This document shows positions 50,463 to 58,128 of a DNA stretch of 58,128 nucleotides, in pieces; the stretch's first letter is position 1, and every line of letters starts with the position of its first letter. This DNA comes from a virus, in the IMG/VR virus record IMGVR_UViG_3300014488_000003, positions 1 to 58,128 of that record. One strand, written 5' to 3'. The notes below the pieces were generated by a model that was not told the DNA's origin, did no database searches, and saw only the letters and a program-made list of their open reading frames with translations. Made by a program: the position numbers and the translations under genes.

Positions 50463-53197
50463 CGGTCACGGAGGTAAAGCAAGCGCTGGGGTCTTGGGAG
50501 CTGAGGCTTCGGGATAACACCCCGAAGTCTGTGCTCGATCAACTCGACTACTTCGGGCACATCGCGATCATTCCTAACCGGGTCAACCCCGCTGAGTACG
50601 GAGATGCACTGCTGAACGCCTCTCGTTACGTCGGCGTCTACCGGAGCCGCTCCAGCGCTGATCAATTCCTCCTTCGCGGCTCGGGAATGGCGTTCTGGCT
50701 TGGCGACGAAGACAATAAAGGAGACATCTTCGAGAGCGCCGTGACGCTTACCGGCGCTACATTTGCCGCCTCGGTGGCCGCTTTGCTACCTCCGGGCGGG
50801 GCGGTCACCGCAGGCACCATCCACAGTGTGGCCGGAACGTACAGCAATACACACCGCTGGCAGACCTCGCGGCAGGCGCTGGACTACATGACGTCCACCT
50901 TTCAGGGTGAATGGCGCGTCAACAACAACGCGACCCTGGACGCGGGATTGGTACAGGATCTGTACGTGACGACTCCCCGCGCTATGATCATGCGCCACTC
51001 CCTTGGGCGGGACCTCGCGCAGGTTGCCTTACCGGGTCGGCTGGAACTCGGCACGGACGCGGAGGACTTTACGACGCGCGTGGTGCTTCTCGCCGAAGGA
51101 GAAGGAGATCAGATCCAGACGGGGGATGCCGATATCGCTGTTAACCCCTTCAATGACTTGCACGGCAATGACGTCAAGTTCACCCGTCTTATCAGTGAGT
51201 CTGAGACCGATGCAGCCAACGCCGACCTCCGTGCGCAGCTATACCTCAACCAGTTTTCCGTTGAGCGGCAGAGCATTACACTTTCCACGGGCGTCTATGA
51301 CATCAAGGGGAACGTGCAAGTTGGCGACTATGTCAATGTGTATGATCCCGATAGCGGGCTCTTCGATCCGAGTCGTGAGGTATATTGGGAAGGACAGCCG
51401 ATCAACCCGATAGCCATTCGTGTTGTCGAGATGACTTGGCCGGTCCCCGAGGGCTGGACCGTTGCCTTCCGGCGAAACGATGGAACGTGGATCGACCTCA
51501 GCCCATACTATGCCGGAGAGAGCGGTGATACCAGCATTGTCGTCGGGGACCTCTCGCGCTCCCTGCACTCCTCCGAGCCAGTCGGCGTCCGGCCGAATCT
51601 TCCGCCCTCGGGCGGAGCGGACACCAGCATCCCCAACTCTCCGGCCTTCCTATCATGGTCCTTTGGGGCCTATCAGTCGTCCAACACTAACACCACCAAG
51701 GCCGCAATAAGAGTCACCTGGTCGACGCCGTTGAATACCGACTCGTCAACCATTACGGATGGCGACCACTACGAAATCCGGTTCCGCGTGTCGGAAGTGT
51801 TGGGGTATCAGGTACGCTGGGGACAGGTGACCGCCTATCGCTGGGGAGGGGTAAGTGGAAACCGTTGGGGCGCACCGATTAGCGAGCCGGTGAGCGCTGA
51901 CCCCGAGTGGATCTACATGAATGTGCCCTGGGGTACTAACGAAACTACCATACTTGAACTCACCCCCGGCGTAACGTATGAGTTCCAGATTAGGGCAGTT
52001 GACGCGGCCTACCCACCCCACCAAGGGCCTTGGTCTGCTGCGAGCTTCCAAACCACAACCGGAGACCTCTTCGCGCCCAGCGCTCCGGCTGCCCCGACTG
52101 TTGCCGGTAACATGGCTGCTATCCAGGTCACCCATACCCTCGGCAAGAATAGCGGGGGCACATATAACCTGGAGGCTGACCTCGTCCGGCTGGACGTCCA
52201 CGTGGGGGGCTCAAATAGCTTCTATCCAGACGAGACCAACCAGGTTGGCCAGCTATCGGCAAATATCGGAATGATCCAAGGACGAATAGCTGCAGTAGGT
52301 ACATTCCCAATACCGCAGATTGAACAGGTGCACGTCAAAGTCGTTGCGGTAGACCGAACTGGTAACAAGTCGTCCGCCTCGCCTTCCGCTACGGTGACCG
52401 CCCAGCTCATTGATGACTCGCACATTAGCAATCTCTCCGTCAGCAAGCTGACAGCCGGAACCATTACCGCCCAAACAATCCTGGCCAATCTGCTGGAGGT
52501 CGGCTCGGGCGGGACAGTAAGTGTTACCCAGGGCTCCTTCCTCGTGAAGGATGCGCTAGGTCGGACGATCATCCAGATGGGTCTGCTTCCTGATGGGAAG
52601 TATGGCTTCCGTGTCAATGACGCCAGCGGAAACCCTCAGATCCGGGCAGGAGAACTTGTCAGCGGAGGCTATGGGCTCGAAGCCGTAGACGAGACCGGAC
52701 AGCTAGTCTCCTTGAGCACATTGGCCTTTGGCATGGAGGCCGCAAGTGCAATGGGGGCAATTACAGTCGATACTGGCGGTGGATCAAATCCCATCCGTGA
52801 TCCAGATGGCTTGGGGCTATACAATATCCGGATTGGAAACTCCCGGCGTTGTCTGGTGGTACTTTCGTCAGAGATCCAGCACAATCTTAATGACGAATTT
52901 ATCCACTCAGGCTCAATGTCACTTCTGGTGCGTAACAGGACGACAGGACTGACGACGCTAGTCCCTTCTAGCTCTTGGGACCTCTATACCTCCGTGGGCG
53001 GGAACGTCACAGGGGTACCGGAAATTCCGGCGCTCCCTAGCGGGAACAAAATGTCGCACGTCGGCCTCATTGGGGGGCCTGTATTTGGGCCTACACACTT
53101 CCCGACTGTGCCTGGAGACTATGATTTTGAGGTTTGGTATCACGCTTCGGGAGAAGTCTACTTCCAGTCTCGTATGATCGTCGTGATGCCGTTCTGA
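50459..53197 (+). CDS. minor tail protein (tail tip/Tal-like, FN3-like segment)
   Basis: 912 aa, GTGA-type overlap. YEIRFRVSE...YEFQIRAVDA is typical of FN3-like repeats. Confidence 0.8.
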   Translation: MTVTEVKQALGSWELRLRDNTPKSVLDQLDYFGHIAIIPNRVNPAEYGDALLNASRYVGVYRSRSSADQFLLRGSGMAFWLGDEDNKGDIFESAVTLTGATFAASVAALLPPGGAVTAGTIHSVAGTYSNTHRWQTSRQALDYMTSTFQGEWRVNNNATLDAGLVQDLYVTTPRAMIMRHSLGRDLAQVALPGRLELGTDAEDFTTRVVLLAEGEGDQIQTGDADIAVNPFNDLHGNDVKFTRLISESETDAANADLRAQLYLNQFSVERQSITLSTGVYDIKGNVQVGDYVNVYDPDSGLFDPSREVYWEGQPINPIAIRVVEMTWPVPEGWTVAFRRNDGTWIDLSPYYAGESGDTSIVVGDLSRSLHSSEPVGVRPNLPPSGGADTSIPNSPAFLSWSFGAYQSSNTNTTKAAIRVTWSTPLNTDSSTITDGDHYEIRFRVSEVLGYQVRWGQVTAYRWGGVSGNRWGAPISEPVSADPEWIYMNVPWGTNETTILELTPGVTYEFQIRAVDAAYPPHQGPWSAASFQTTTGDLFAPSAPAAPTVAGNMAAIQVTHTLGKNSGGTYNLEADLVRLDVHVGGSNSFYPDETNQVGQLSANIGMIQGRIAAVGTFPIPQIEQVHVKVVAVDRTGNKSSASPSATVTAQLIDDSHISNLSVSKLTAGTITAQTILANLLEVGSGGTVSVTQGSFLVKDALGRTIIQMGLLPDGKYGFRVNDASGNPQIRAGELVSGGYGLEAVDETGQLVSLSTLAFGMEAASAMGAITVDTGGGSNPIRDPDGLGLYNIRIGNSRRCLVVLSSEIQHNLNDEFIHSGSMSLLVRNRTTGLTTLVPSSSWDLYTSVGGNVTGVPEIPALPSGNKMSHVGLIGGPVFGPTHFPTVPGDYDFEVWYHASGEVYFQSRMIVVMPF

Positions 53198-53215
53198 GTC
53201 GGAAGGATACGAGAA

Positions 53216-54157
53216 GTGGCCACCCAAACAACAAAGCTTTTGCTGAGGAAACCTGATCCTGACCCGGCAACAGGTGACTTCATCAACGTCGCAACTGATA
53301 TCAACAACAACGCCGATATAATTGATGCGGCCGTGGGATATTTCATCTGCACGAGCGGAACGCGACCGACTGGGAGTAACAGGTGGGACGGTCGGCCAAT
53401 TCTGGAGACCGATACCCGCCGGGCCTACGTCTGGAATAACGCGCTGACAACCTGGATCCCGCTCTTGATAGCGCGTACTGCCGACGGCCCTTACCTCTTC
53501 GGGCAGAGCACCGACACGAGCGGTGAGGGGGCCAACTTCCGGGGAACGACAGCCGCCGCGAATATCGTCAGGTCCCGTGTGACCTCGGACGCCAACCCCC
53601 GATTCACCATTGACGCTGATGGAAACATGAACTGGGGTCCGGGCTCGGCTGCGTTGGACGTTAGGCTCTTCCGAAGCGGAACGGGTGAGCTGAGTACTGA
53701 TACCGGCGATGCCCTGAAGGTGAGCGGCGACTTTGTTGCAGGATCGGAAAATGGCATCAACGTCACCGGGCCGACCTCTGGAACGGACTCTTCCACCTCG
53801 ACGTCCTACACCAACATGGCGGGCACGGGGGCTACCACAAGCTTTTCGTTCACGAAGAGGTTCGCAGGCACTAGGATCAAGATCGAGTTCGCCGCGACGT
53901 TTTGGAGTACCAACGCTGATACCGGCGTCCAGTTTGGCGTGAACTTCAACGCCACTGACTACGACATCTGTCGATTGATGGGAAACACCTTGACGGCCAA
54001 CCAAAGGCTGCACACGAGTGGGTTCCGCTATATCTCGTCGGTGGCAGCTGGAGCGTACACAATTCAGGCTCGCTGGAAGAAGATCGCAATCGGTACGGGT
54101 CAGATCAACCGGAATCTAGAAGACTTCCTTTGCATTTCGGCCAAGGAAACCAACTAG
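53216..54157 (+). CDS. minor tail protein / putative receptor-binding protein
   Basis: GTG after GGAAGGA. The N-terminal LLLRKPDPDPATGDFINVATDINNNADIID motif is common in actinophage tail fibre proteins. Confidence 0.75.
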   Translation: MATQTTKLLLRKPDPDPATGDFINVATDINNNADIIDAAVGYFICTSGTRPTGSNRWDGRPILETDTRRAYVWNNALTTWIPLLIARTADGPYLFGQSTDTSGEGANFRGTTAAANIVRSRVTSDANPRFTIDADGNMNWGPGSAALDVRLFRSGTGELSTDTGDALKVSGDFVAGSENGINVTGPTSGTDSSTSTSYTNMAGTGATTSFSFTKRFAGTRIKIEFAATFWSTNADTGVQFGVNFNATDYDICRLMGNTLTANQRLHTSGFRYISSVAAGAYTIQARWKKIAIGTGQINRNLEDFLCISAKETN

Positions 54158-54169
54158 ATCTCCCAACAA

Positions 54170-54183
54170 GGTAGGATCGATCC
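54170..54183. promoter_or_regulatory. GGTAGGATCGATCC motif (within the 14-bp perfect palindrome TAGGATCGATCCTA, 54172-54185)
   Basis: Identical 14-mer at 32289-32302. 19 nt upstream of the endolysin ATG. Confidence 0.45.
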
Positions 54184-54201
54184 TAGGAACGGAGGTGAAA
54201 A

Positions 54202-55002
54202 ATGACTTTGACAATAGTATCACGTGCAGAGTGGGGAGCTAGGTCTCCACGAGGAACGGTGACGTATGTTGACTGGGATGACCGCGTTGGAATGGCATTC
54301 CATTACAGCGGTGGGAATCCGGCTTCAACTCCAGCGGACCTCCAAGACTACGCTATGGACTCGCTGGGATACACCGACACCCATTACAACTTCTTCGTGG
54401 ACCGCAACGGGATCGCGTACGAAGGGCGGGGCTGGACCGTTAAGGCGGCCCACGCCAGGGATCAGAATACGCCGTGGATCGGGGCATGTTTCATTGGCCG
54501 CGATCCGGACGTCACCCCTGCCGCGCTTACCACGATGCGCGAGCTATGGGAGGAAGGGAACCGGCTCGCGGGGCGGCAACTCCGGTATGCCGGTCACGGG
54601 CAGCTTCCCGGGCAGAGTACCGACTGTCCGGGCTCCCGCATACTCGAATGGATCGCTCGGGGTATCCCCAGAGAGGAGGGCGAAGTGGCCCTGAAGGATG
54701 AACTGCTGACGCTGCCGGTGCACACGATGAAAGACGGCACGCGAATCCCGCTGACCGGTGACAAAGAGGTTGTAGACGCAGCAAGCGCTGTGGCCTTCGG
54801 TCTTCGCTGGAGCTTCGTGGGAGCGATGTACGGCGAGGACATCTATGTGATGGTGAAAACGCTCCTGGAAAAACCGGGCGGGACGATCGACCCCGAGGCC
54901 CTGGCGCGCGCTCTGGTCGCACAGCCCGAGTTCATCGACAAACTCGCCTCTGCCTTCGCGCGTGAGATGGCCAAGCTCACCTGGCGTGCAACGCCATCCT
55001 AG
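54202..55002 (+). CDS. endolysin, N-acetylmuramoyl-L-alanine amidase (PGRP/amidase_2-like)
   Basis: SRAEWGA...HYSGG...HYNFFVDRNGIAYEGRGW...GQSTDCPG motifs. Confidence 0.9.
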   Translation: MTLTIVSRAEWGARSPRGTVTYVDWDDRVGMAFHYSGGNPASTPADLQDYAMDSLGYTDTHYNFFVDRNGIAYEGRGWTVKAAHARDQNTPWIGACFIGRDPDVTPAALTTMRELWEEGNRLAGRQLRYAGHGQLPGQSTDCPGSRILEWIARGIPREEGEVALKDELLTLPVHTMKDGTRIPLTGDKEVVDAASAVAFGLRWSFVGAMYGEDIYVMVKTLLEKPGGTIDPEALARALVAQPEFIDKLASAFAREMAKLTWRATPS

Positions 55003-55023
55003 GAAGTTGCTTGACCTGTAAAT

Positions 55024-55057
55024 AGTTGGGGAGTACCAAGAGTCTCCCCAACTTTTG
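55024..55057 (+). terminator. intrinsic terminator with T-tract
   Basis: agttggggag ... ctccccaact followed by tttt. Confidence 0.7.
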
Positions 55058-55078
55058 CCTATAAGAGAAAGGGCAAAC

Positions 55079-55306
55079 ATGCCTATCACGGGATTGTCAG
55101 AGCTAGGACCGCAAGGGGCCTTGACGTTGATAGTCCTAGCGGTCTGTTTCGGCTTCCTGATTCCGCGATGGACATTCAACCGTATCGTGAGGGATCTCGA
55201 AAAACAAAGGAGCGAGTGGCGTGCAATCGCGCTGAAGCTGATGGGTACGGGGGAGGTAGCCGTCAAGGCTCTTGAAGAGATCAAGGAAGAGGCGGCAAAG
55301 AAATGA
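55079..55306 (+). CDS. single-TM membrane protein (holin candidate)
   Basis: ATG after GAGAAAGGG. ALTLIVLAVCFGFLIP, charged C-terminus. Confidence 0.55.
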   Translation: MPITGLSELGPQGALTLIVLAVCFGFLIPRWTFNRIVRDLEKQRSEWRAIALKLMGTGEVAVKALEEIKEEAAKK

Positions 55307-55467
55307 TTTGGCCCTGGCGGAAAAGGGACCGCAAGGAGAAGGAGTCGCGAGAAGTCGAGCTAGAAACAGCAAAGAAACAAGCTGAAGAGCTAGTTCAACG
55401 AACGCGAAAACTCTTGAGAGAGAACAACCTAGCTGCTGACATCCGGAAGGCTTTGGGGGCACGGTAA
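55303..55467 (+). CDS. hypothetical charged coiled-coil protein (54 aa)
   Basis: ATGA and TAATG coupling on both sides. Confidence 0.5.
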   Translation: MIWPWRKRDRKEKESREVELETAKKQAEELVQRTRKLLRENNLAADIRKALGAR

Positions 55468-55787
55468 TGGAGTTAATAGACCTCATAGCGATCTGCATAA
55501 CGGGGGTGGGACTCCTCAACTGCCTATCTTTCTGTGTCGCTTACCAGATTCTTACGGGTGGGGCCTGGTTAAAGGATGAGGCCGGAAGATTCCTCATGCT
55601 GTTCTTCGGCTGCCTGGGATCGGTATTTGCCGTCGTCATTGCGAATCGGGTCTTCGATGACTACCCGGGGCGGCGCGTCGTCATCATCGCTCTCTACCTC
55701 ATGCTAGTGCTGGCTACCTTCTGGCCCATGCGATTACTCTTCCAGTCCGTGAAACACAAGAGAAAGGAACGGAAATATGAACAATAG
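55467..55787 (+). CDS. multi-TM membrane protein (holin candidate)
   Basis: 3-4 hydrophobic segments, basic C-terminus KHKRKERK. Confidence 0.6.
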   Translation: MELIDLIAICITGVGLLNCLSFCVAYQILTGGAWLKDEAGRFLMLFFGCLGSVFAVVIANRVFDDYPGRRVVIIALYLMLVLATFWPMRLLFQSVKHKRKERKYEQ

Positions 55788-56181
55788 ACTGATCTTTGGC
55801 CGTGAGCCCGCGCTGTGGATGGCCGCGCTTCAAGCCTTGCTGGGAATCATCGTCGGCTTCCACTGGGACGGGTTGAGCGCCGAGCAGGCTGCGCTATGGC
55901 TGTCGGCCGCTAACGCGATCGTCGCAGTCGTGATGGCCTGGACAACTCGACCGGTGGCCCCCACACTGTTCACCAACGCATTCTCGATCGTCGCCACGCT
56001 GACGGCCGCGTACGGGCTCGACCTCGGTCAGGAACTGGTCGGCTCCATCAACGCGGCTATCGTGGCCGTTGTGATCCTGATCGCCCGAGGCGAGATCTCT
56101 CCGGCACCCCACGCCCACCAGACGGGTGTGCTTGGAGACAAGGTGACGACCGAGGCCAGCACGTTCCGAAGAAGGGACTAG
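55777..56181 (+). CDS. multi-TM membrane protein
   Basis: Four hydrophobic segments. Overlaps the upstream gene. Confidence 0.6.
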   Translation: MNNRLIFGREPALWMAALQALLGIIVGFHWDGLSAEQAALWLSAANAIVAVVMAWTTRPVAPTLFTNAFSIVATLTAAYGLDLGQELVGSINAAIVAVVILIARGEISPAPHAHQTGVLGDKVTTEASTFRRRD

Positions 56182-56383
56182 CGGCAGAAACCGACCTGGG
56201 ATACTCTTGACCTAGGTCGCAAGAACCGCAAGCCAAGGACACCTTCCCGTCCTTCCCAGAATGGCCCTCGCCTGAAACTCTCACCGGGCGGGGGTCATTC
56301 GCTTTGTGCAAAGACTTTACGATCGGATATCTATGGCGTAGGGTATGGATGTCGGGTTGTGAGAGACCTAGGAGGTACCCGAG

Positions 56384-57031
56384 ATGACCACTATGCTGAT
56401 CACCGGAGTCAAGTGCGGCAACCACGGCCAGGAGCGCGTCTACCACCCGAGCGCAGCAGCCGTTCGAGCTTGCTACCGTCATATGACGCAGGCCCAAATG
56501 GATGATCTAGAGCACCAGATGGACATGATGGTTCAGGACGCCGAGCGTGAGGAGGAACGCCGCACGGCTGCCTATAAGGCGCAGCGTGACAAGCTCTACC
56601 CCGGCACCAACCCCTCCACCGCTCACAGGCAGTTTGTCCGGCCGGAGGAGCGCGCGAAGTCGGTGGATCAGGATGGCATGTACAGGAACCCCCAAACGAG
56701 TGAAATCTACAAGGTCCAGTGGAACCGGGGCAGCGGAGACGGCAAGCGCCTATACGCCAAGCAGCTGATCATGCACGTGGATGGAGGTCGGTGGACGCGC
56801 ATCCCGTTGGGGGACTTCCTTCCGAAGCCGGAGGAGACGCACGCTGAGTTTCAGTACGCGCCCGGGGCCATGAAGTTCATTCGGCCGGAGTGGCGCATGA
56901 CCATGGATGAGGCCAAGGCGTTCGGGGCCCTTTACGGAACGTGCCTGCGCTGCGGGCGGGACCTTACCCTTGAGGCGAGTATCGAGCGTGCCATGGGCAG
57001 CACCTGCGCAAAGAAGGCCAACTGGGGCTAA
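56384..57031 (+). CDS. DUF6011-like protein
   Basis: The C-terminal GTCLRCGRDLTLEASIERAMGSTCAKK matches the DUF6011 pattern from memory. ATG after TAGGAGG. Confidence 0.7.
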   Translation: MTTMLITGVKCGNHGQERVYHPSAAAVRACYRHMTQAQMDDLEHQMDMMVQDAEREEERRTAAYKAQRDKLYPGTNPSTAHRQFVRPEERAKSVDQDGMYRNPQTSEIYKVQWNRGSGDGKRLYAKQLIMHVDGGRWTRIPLGDFLPKPEETHAEFQYAPGAMKFIRPEWRMTMDEAKAFGALYGTCLRCGRDLTLEASIERAMGSTCAKKANWG

Positions 57032-57062
57032 AGAATCTTCAATATCAGACTTCCCTTAGCGG

Positions 57063-57079
57063 CTGCAGTCGAGTAGACT
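57063..57079 (+). promoter_or_regulatory. promoter-like motif GGCTGCAGT-N4-TAGACTGG
   Basis: Near-identical to 57593-57614. Lies inside the loop of the 57059-57064/57082-57087 stem. Confidence 0.45.
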
Positions 57080-57129
57080 GGAGCCGCAAGTCGTTAGTTG
57101 AGAACTACACAGAGGGTGAGAGTGAGGCT

Positions 57130-57570
57130 ATGCCTACTGACACAGGCACGAGCCTAGGGGCGAAGGTCAAGCTAGTCTTCGCGCTTGCGGTGTTCGGCAT
57201 CGTAGCCAGCATCGTGATCTCGGTGAAGGATCAGCCGATCGAGACGCGGATTCCGGCCGACGAAGATCTGACGGAGCAGGTAGTGCTGTCGGTCATCTGG
57301 AAGCCGGGGAGACGGGAAGACGACCCGATCAAGATCGAAGCTACGGTGGACGGCGTGATGCTGCTCCAGGATGGAGTCCCGATCGACCAGAAGGACTTCG
57401 TGCAGTCCCCGTATAACGCCATCGTAACGATTCCCAAAGGCGCGAAGGTTAGGCTCACGGCCTTCCAGCCGACCGATGGACAACTGGACTGCCTGATCGT
57501 GGTCAAGGACAGGACGAAGGATCACAGAGATCGAAGCTCCCGAGGAGCGATAACCTGCAAATATAACTAG
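57130..57570 (+). CDS. MmpS-like membrane-anchored protein
   Basis: N-terminal TM followed by a beta-rich domain with paired Cys (LDCLIVV ... AITC), as in the MmpS family. Confidence 0.6.
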   Translation: MPTDTGTSLGAKVKLVFALAVFGIVASIVISVKDQPIETRIPADEDLTEQVVLSVIWKPGRREDDPIKIEATVDGVMLLQDGVPIDQKDFVQSPYNAIVTIPKGAKVRLTAFQPTDGQLDCLIVVKDRTKDHRDRSSRGAITCKYN

Positions 57571-57594
57571 CAGGGCTTTAGGCTTCCGTTCTGG

Positions 57595-57612
57595 CTGCAG
57601 TTGGAGTAGACT
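57595..57612 (+). promoter_or_regulatory. promoter-like motif GGCTGCAGT-N5-TAGACTGG
   Basis: Lies inside the loop of the 9-bp stem ggcttccgt (57581-57589) / acggaagcc (57623-57631). Followed by the leader CGAGTGAGAGCGG. Confidence 0.45.
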
Positions 57613-57654
57613 GGTGTTCAGGACGGAAGCCCGAGTGAGAGCGGAGCGAGAAGA

Positions 57655-57807
57655 ATGACGAAAATGCAGCTGATCGAGAAGCTTCTGGTAGAGACCAACG
57701 TCCACCCTTCGCGCCACGCGAAGGTGACGGATTCTCTGATGAAGCGGAGTAAGGGCTTTCTGGAGCGCTATGTGGCCTCGCAGATTCAGCTCTCAAGGGT
57801 ATCCTGA
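57655..57807 (+). CDS. hypothetical small protein (50 aa)
   Basis: ATG 11 nt after the leader CGAGTGAGAGCGG, preceded by GAGCGAGAAGA. Confidence 0.5.
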   Translation: MTKMQLIEKLLVETNVHPSRHAKVTDSLMKRSKGFLERYVASQIQLSRVS

Positions 57808-57849
57808 TCCTCAGCCGAACAAAAGCCGGGTGGGACCGCTCGAAGAAGT

Positions 57850-57934
57850 TCCCCCGGCCTCATTCCCCTGGTTATTGGAAACAACTGTTCTTTCGGCCGA
57901 AAGCAGCCTCCAGGTTCAATTCCTGGCGGGGGAG
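57850..57934 (+). ncRNA. non-canonical tRNA-like element 2
   Basis: 7-bp acceptor stem TCCCCCG/CGGGGGA, canonical T arm CCAGG-TTCAATT-CCTGG and discriminator G. Internal hairpin CTTTC-GGCC-GAAAG. No D arm or 7-nt anticodon loop found by hand. Confidence 0.45.
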
Positions 57935-57965
57935 CGCAGATAGATCGAATAGGAAGGAAAGCCTC

Positions 57966-58128
57966 GTGAGTGAGAGCGCGAGCAACGAAGAATTCGACCT
58001 CAAGAGCGTGAGTCCTGAGACGCTTTCTAAGATGGCGGCTAGGATTCGCAACCTCCTGACTCGCGCGGAGGACCCGCGCTTGGAGCACGAGGAGGAGCGC
58101 CAAGCCTTCTTCAACAAGGCTGAGGAGC
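57966..58128 (+). CDS. DUF2786-like protein, 5' part (continues at position 3 after the overlap)
   Basis: GTG 6 nt after GGAAGGAAAG. In frame with 3..1043 through the 123-bp overlap. Confidence 0.6.
   Translation, partial: MSESASNEEFDLKSVSPETLSKMAARIRNLLTRAEDPRLEHEEERQAFFNKAEE
58006..58128. repeat. second copy of the terminal overlap (identical to 1-123)
   Basis: Same comparison. The repeat lies inside a coding region. Confidence 0.9.

Noticed and set aside
1-58128. CRISPR arrays, rRNA genes, reverse transcriptase/DGR, transposases or insertion sequences
   Set aside because: I saw no regularly spaced direct repeats with unique spacers, no rRNA-like segments, no RT (YxDD) or transposase (DDE) motifs, and no terminal inverted repeats flanking any gene.

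Overview
The window looks like one complete, high-GC, actinobacteriophage-like siphovirus genome. Bases 1-123 are identical to 58006-58128, so the unique length is about 58,005 bp and the first gene wraps across the junction. All convincing genes (about 95) are on the + strand, and many are translationally coupled (ATGA/GTGA/TAATG overlaps). The minus-strand ORFs in the track look like GC-driven shadow ORFs.

Modules, in order:
- 1-5.2 kb: small 'early' cassettes, each with a repeated promoter-like motif, a conserved leader, a small ORF and a stem-loop terminator.
- 5.2-27.6 kb: replication, recombination and nucleotide metabolism. This includes an SNF2 helicase, a Cas4-like exonuclease, a RecA/Sak4-like ATPase, an SSB-like protein, a Rossmann flavoprotein-like ORF, a HAD nucleotidase, a UDG family-4-like protein, dCTP deaminase, the DnaE-type Pol III alpha subunit, ThyX, MazG, a RuvC-like resolvase and a prim-pol/D5-type primase-helicase.
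- 27.58-27.91 kb: a non-coding, iteron-bearing, AT-rich region that I interpret as a replication origin.
- 27.9-32.5 kb: small accessory genes, many Cys/His-rich or membrane-associated.
- 32.6-41.5 kb: packaging and head (TerS-like, TerL, portal, MuF/HEXXH fusion, scaffold, major capsid).
- 41.5-54.2 kb: connector and tail (major tail, chaperone with a +1/-2 frameshift, tape measure, minor tail proteins).
- 54.2-56.2 kb: lysis (amidase endolysin plus membrane proteins).
- 56.4-58.0 kb: a few more promoter-driven small genes.

I saw no integrase, repressor, CRISPR array, rRNA, reverse transcriptase or transposase.

The most unusual observations:
- Two 84-nt tRNA-like elements with perfect acceptor and T arms but no foldable anticodon or D arm.
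- The iteron/AT-rich origin candidate.
- Repeated TTCTGCAGT-N4-6-TAnnnT promoter-like motifs and a GTGAGAG leader motif.
- Two proteins ending in an SSB-C-terminal-tip mimic (DE[DE]EAPF).
- A divergent ThyX fused to DnaJ-type zinc fingers.
- A triplicated C-x5-H-x-P-H...C-[PT]-G motif family.
- A non-canonical frameshift direction in the tail chaperone.

All functional calls come from motif recognition by eye. No database search was run.
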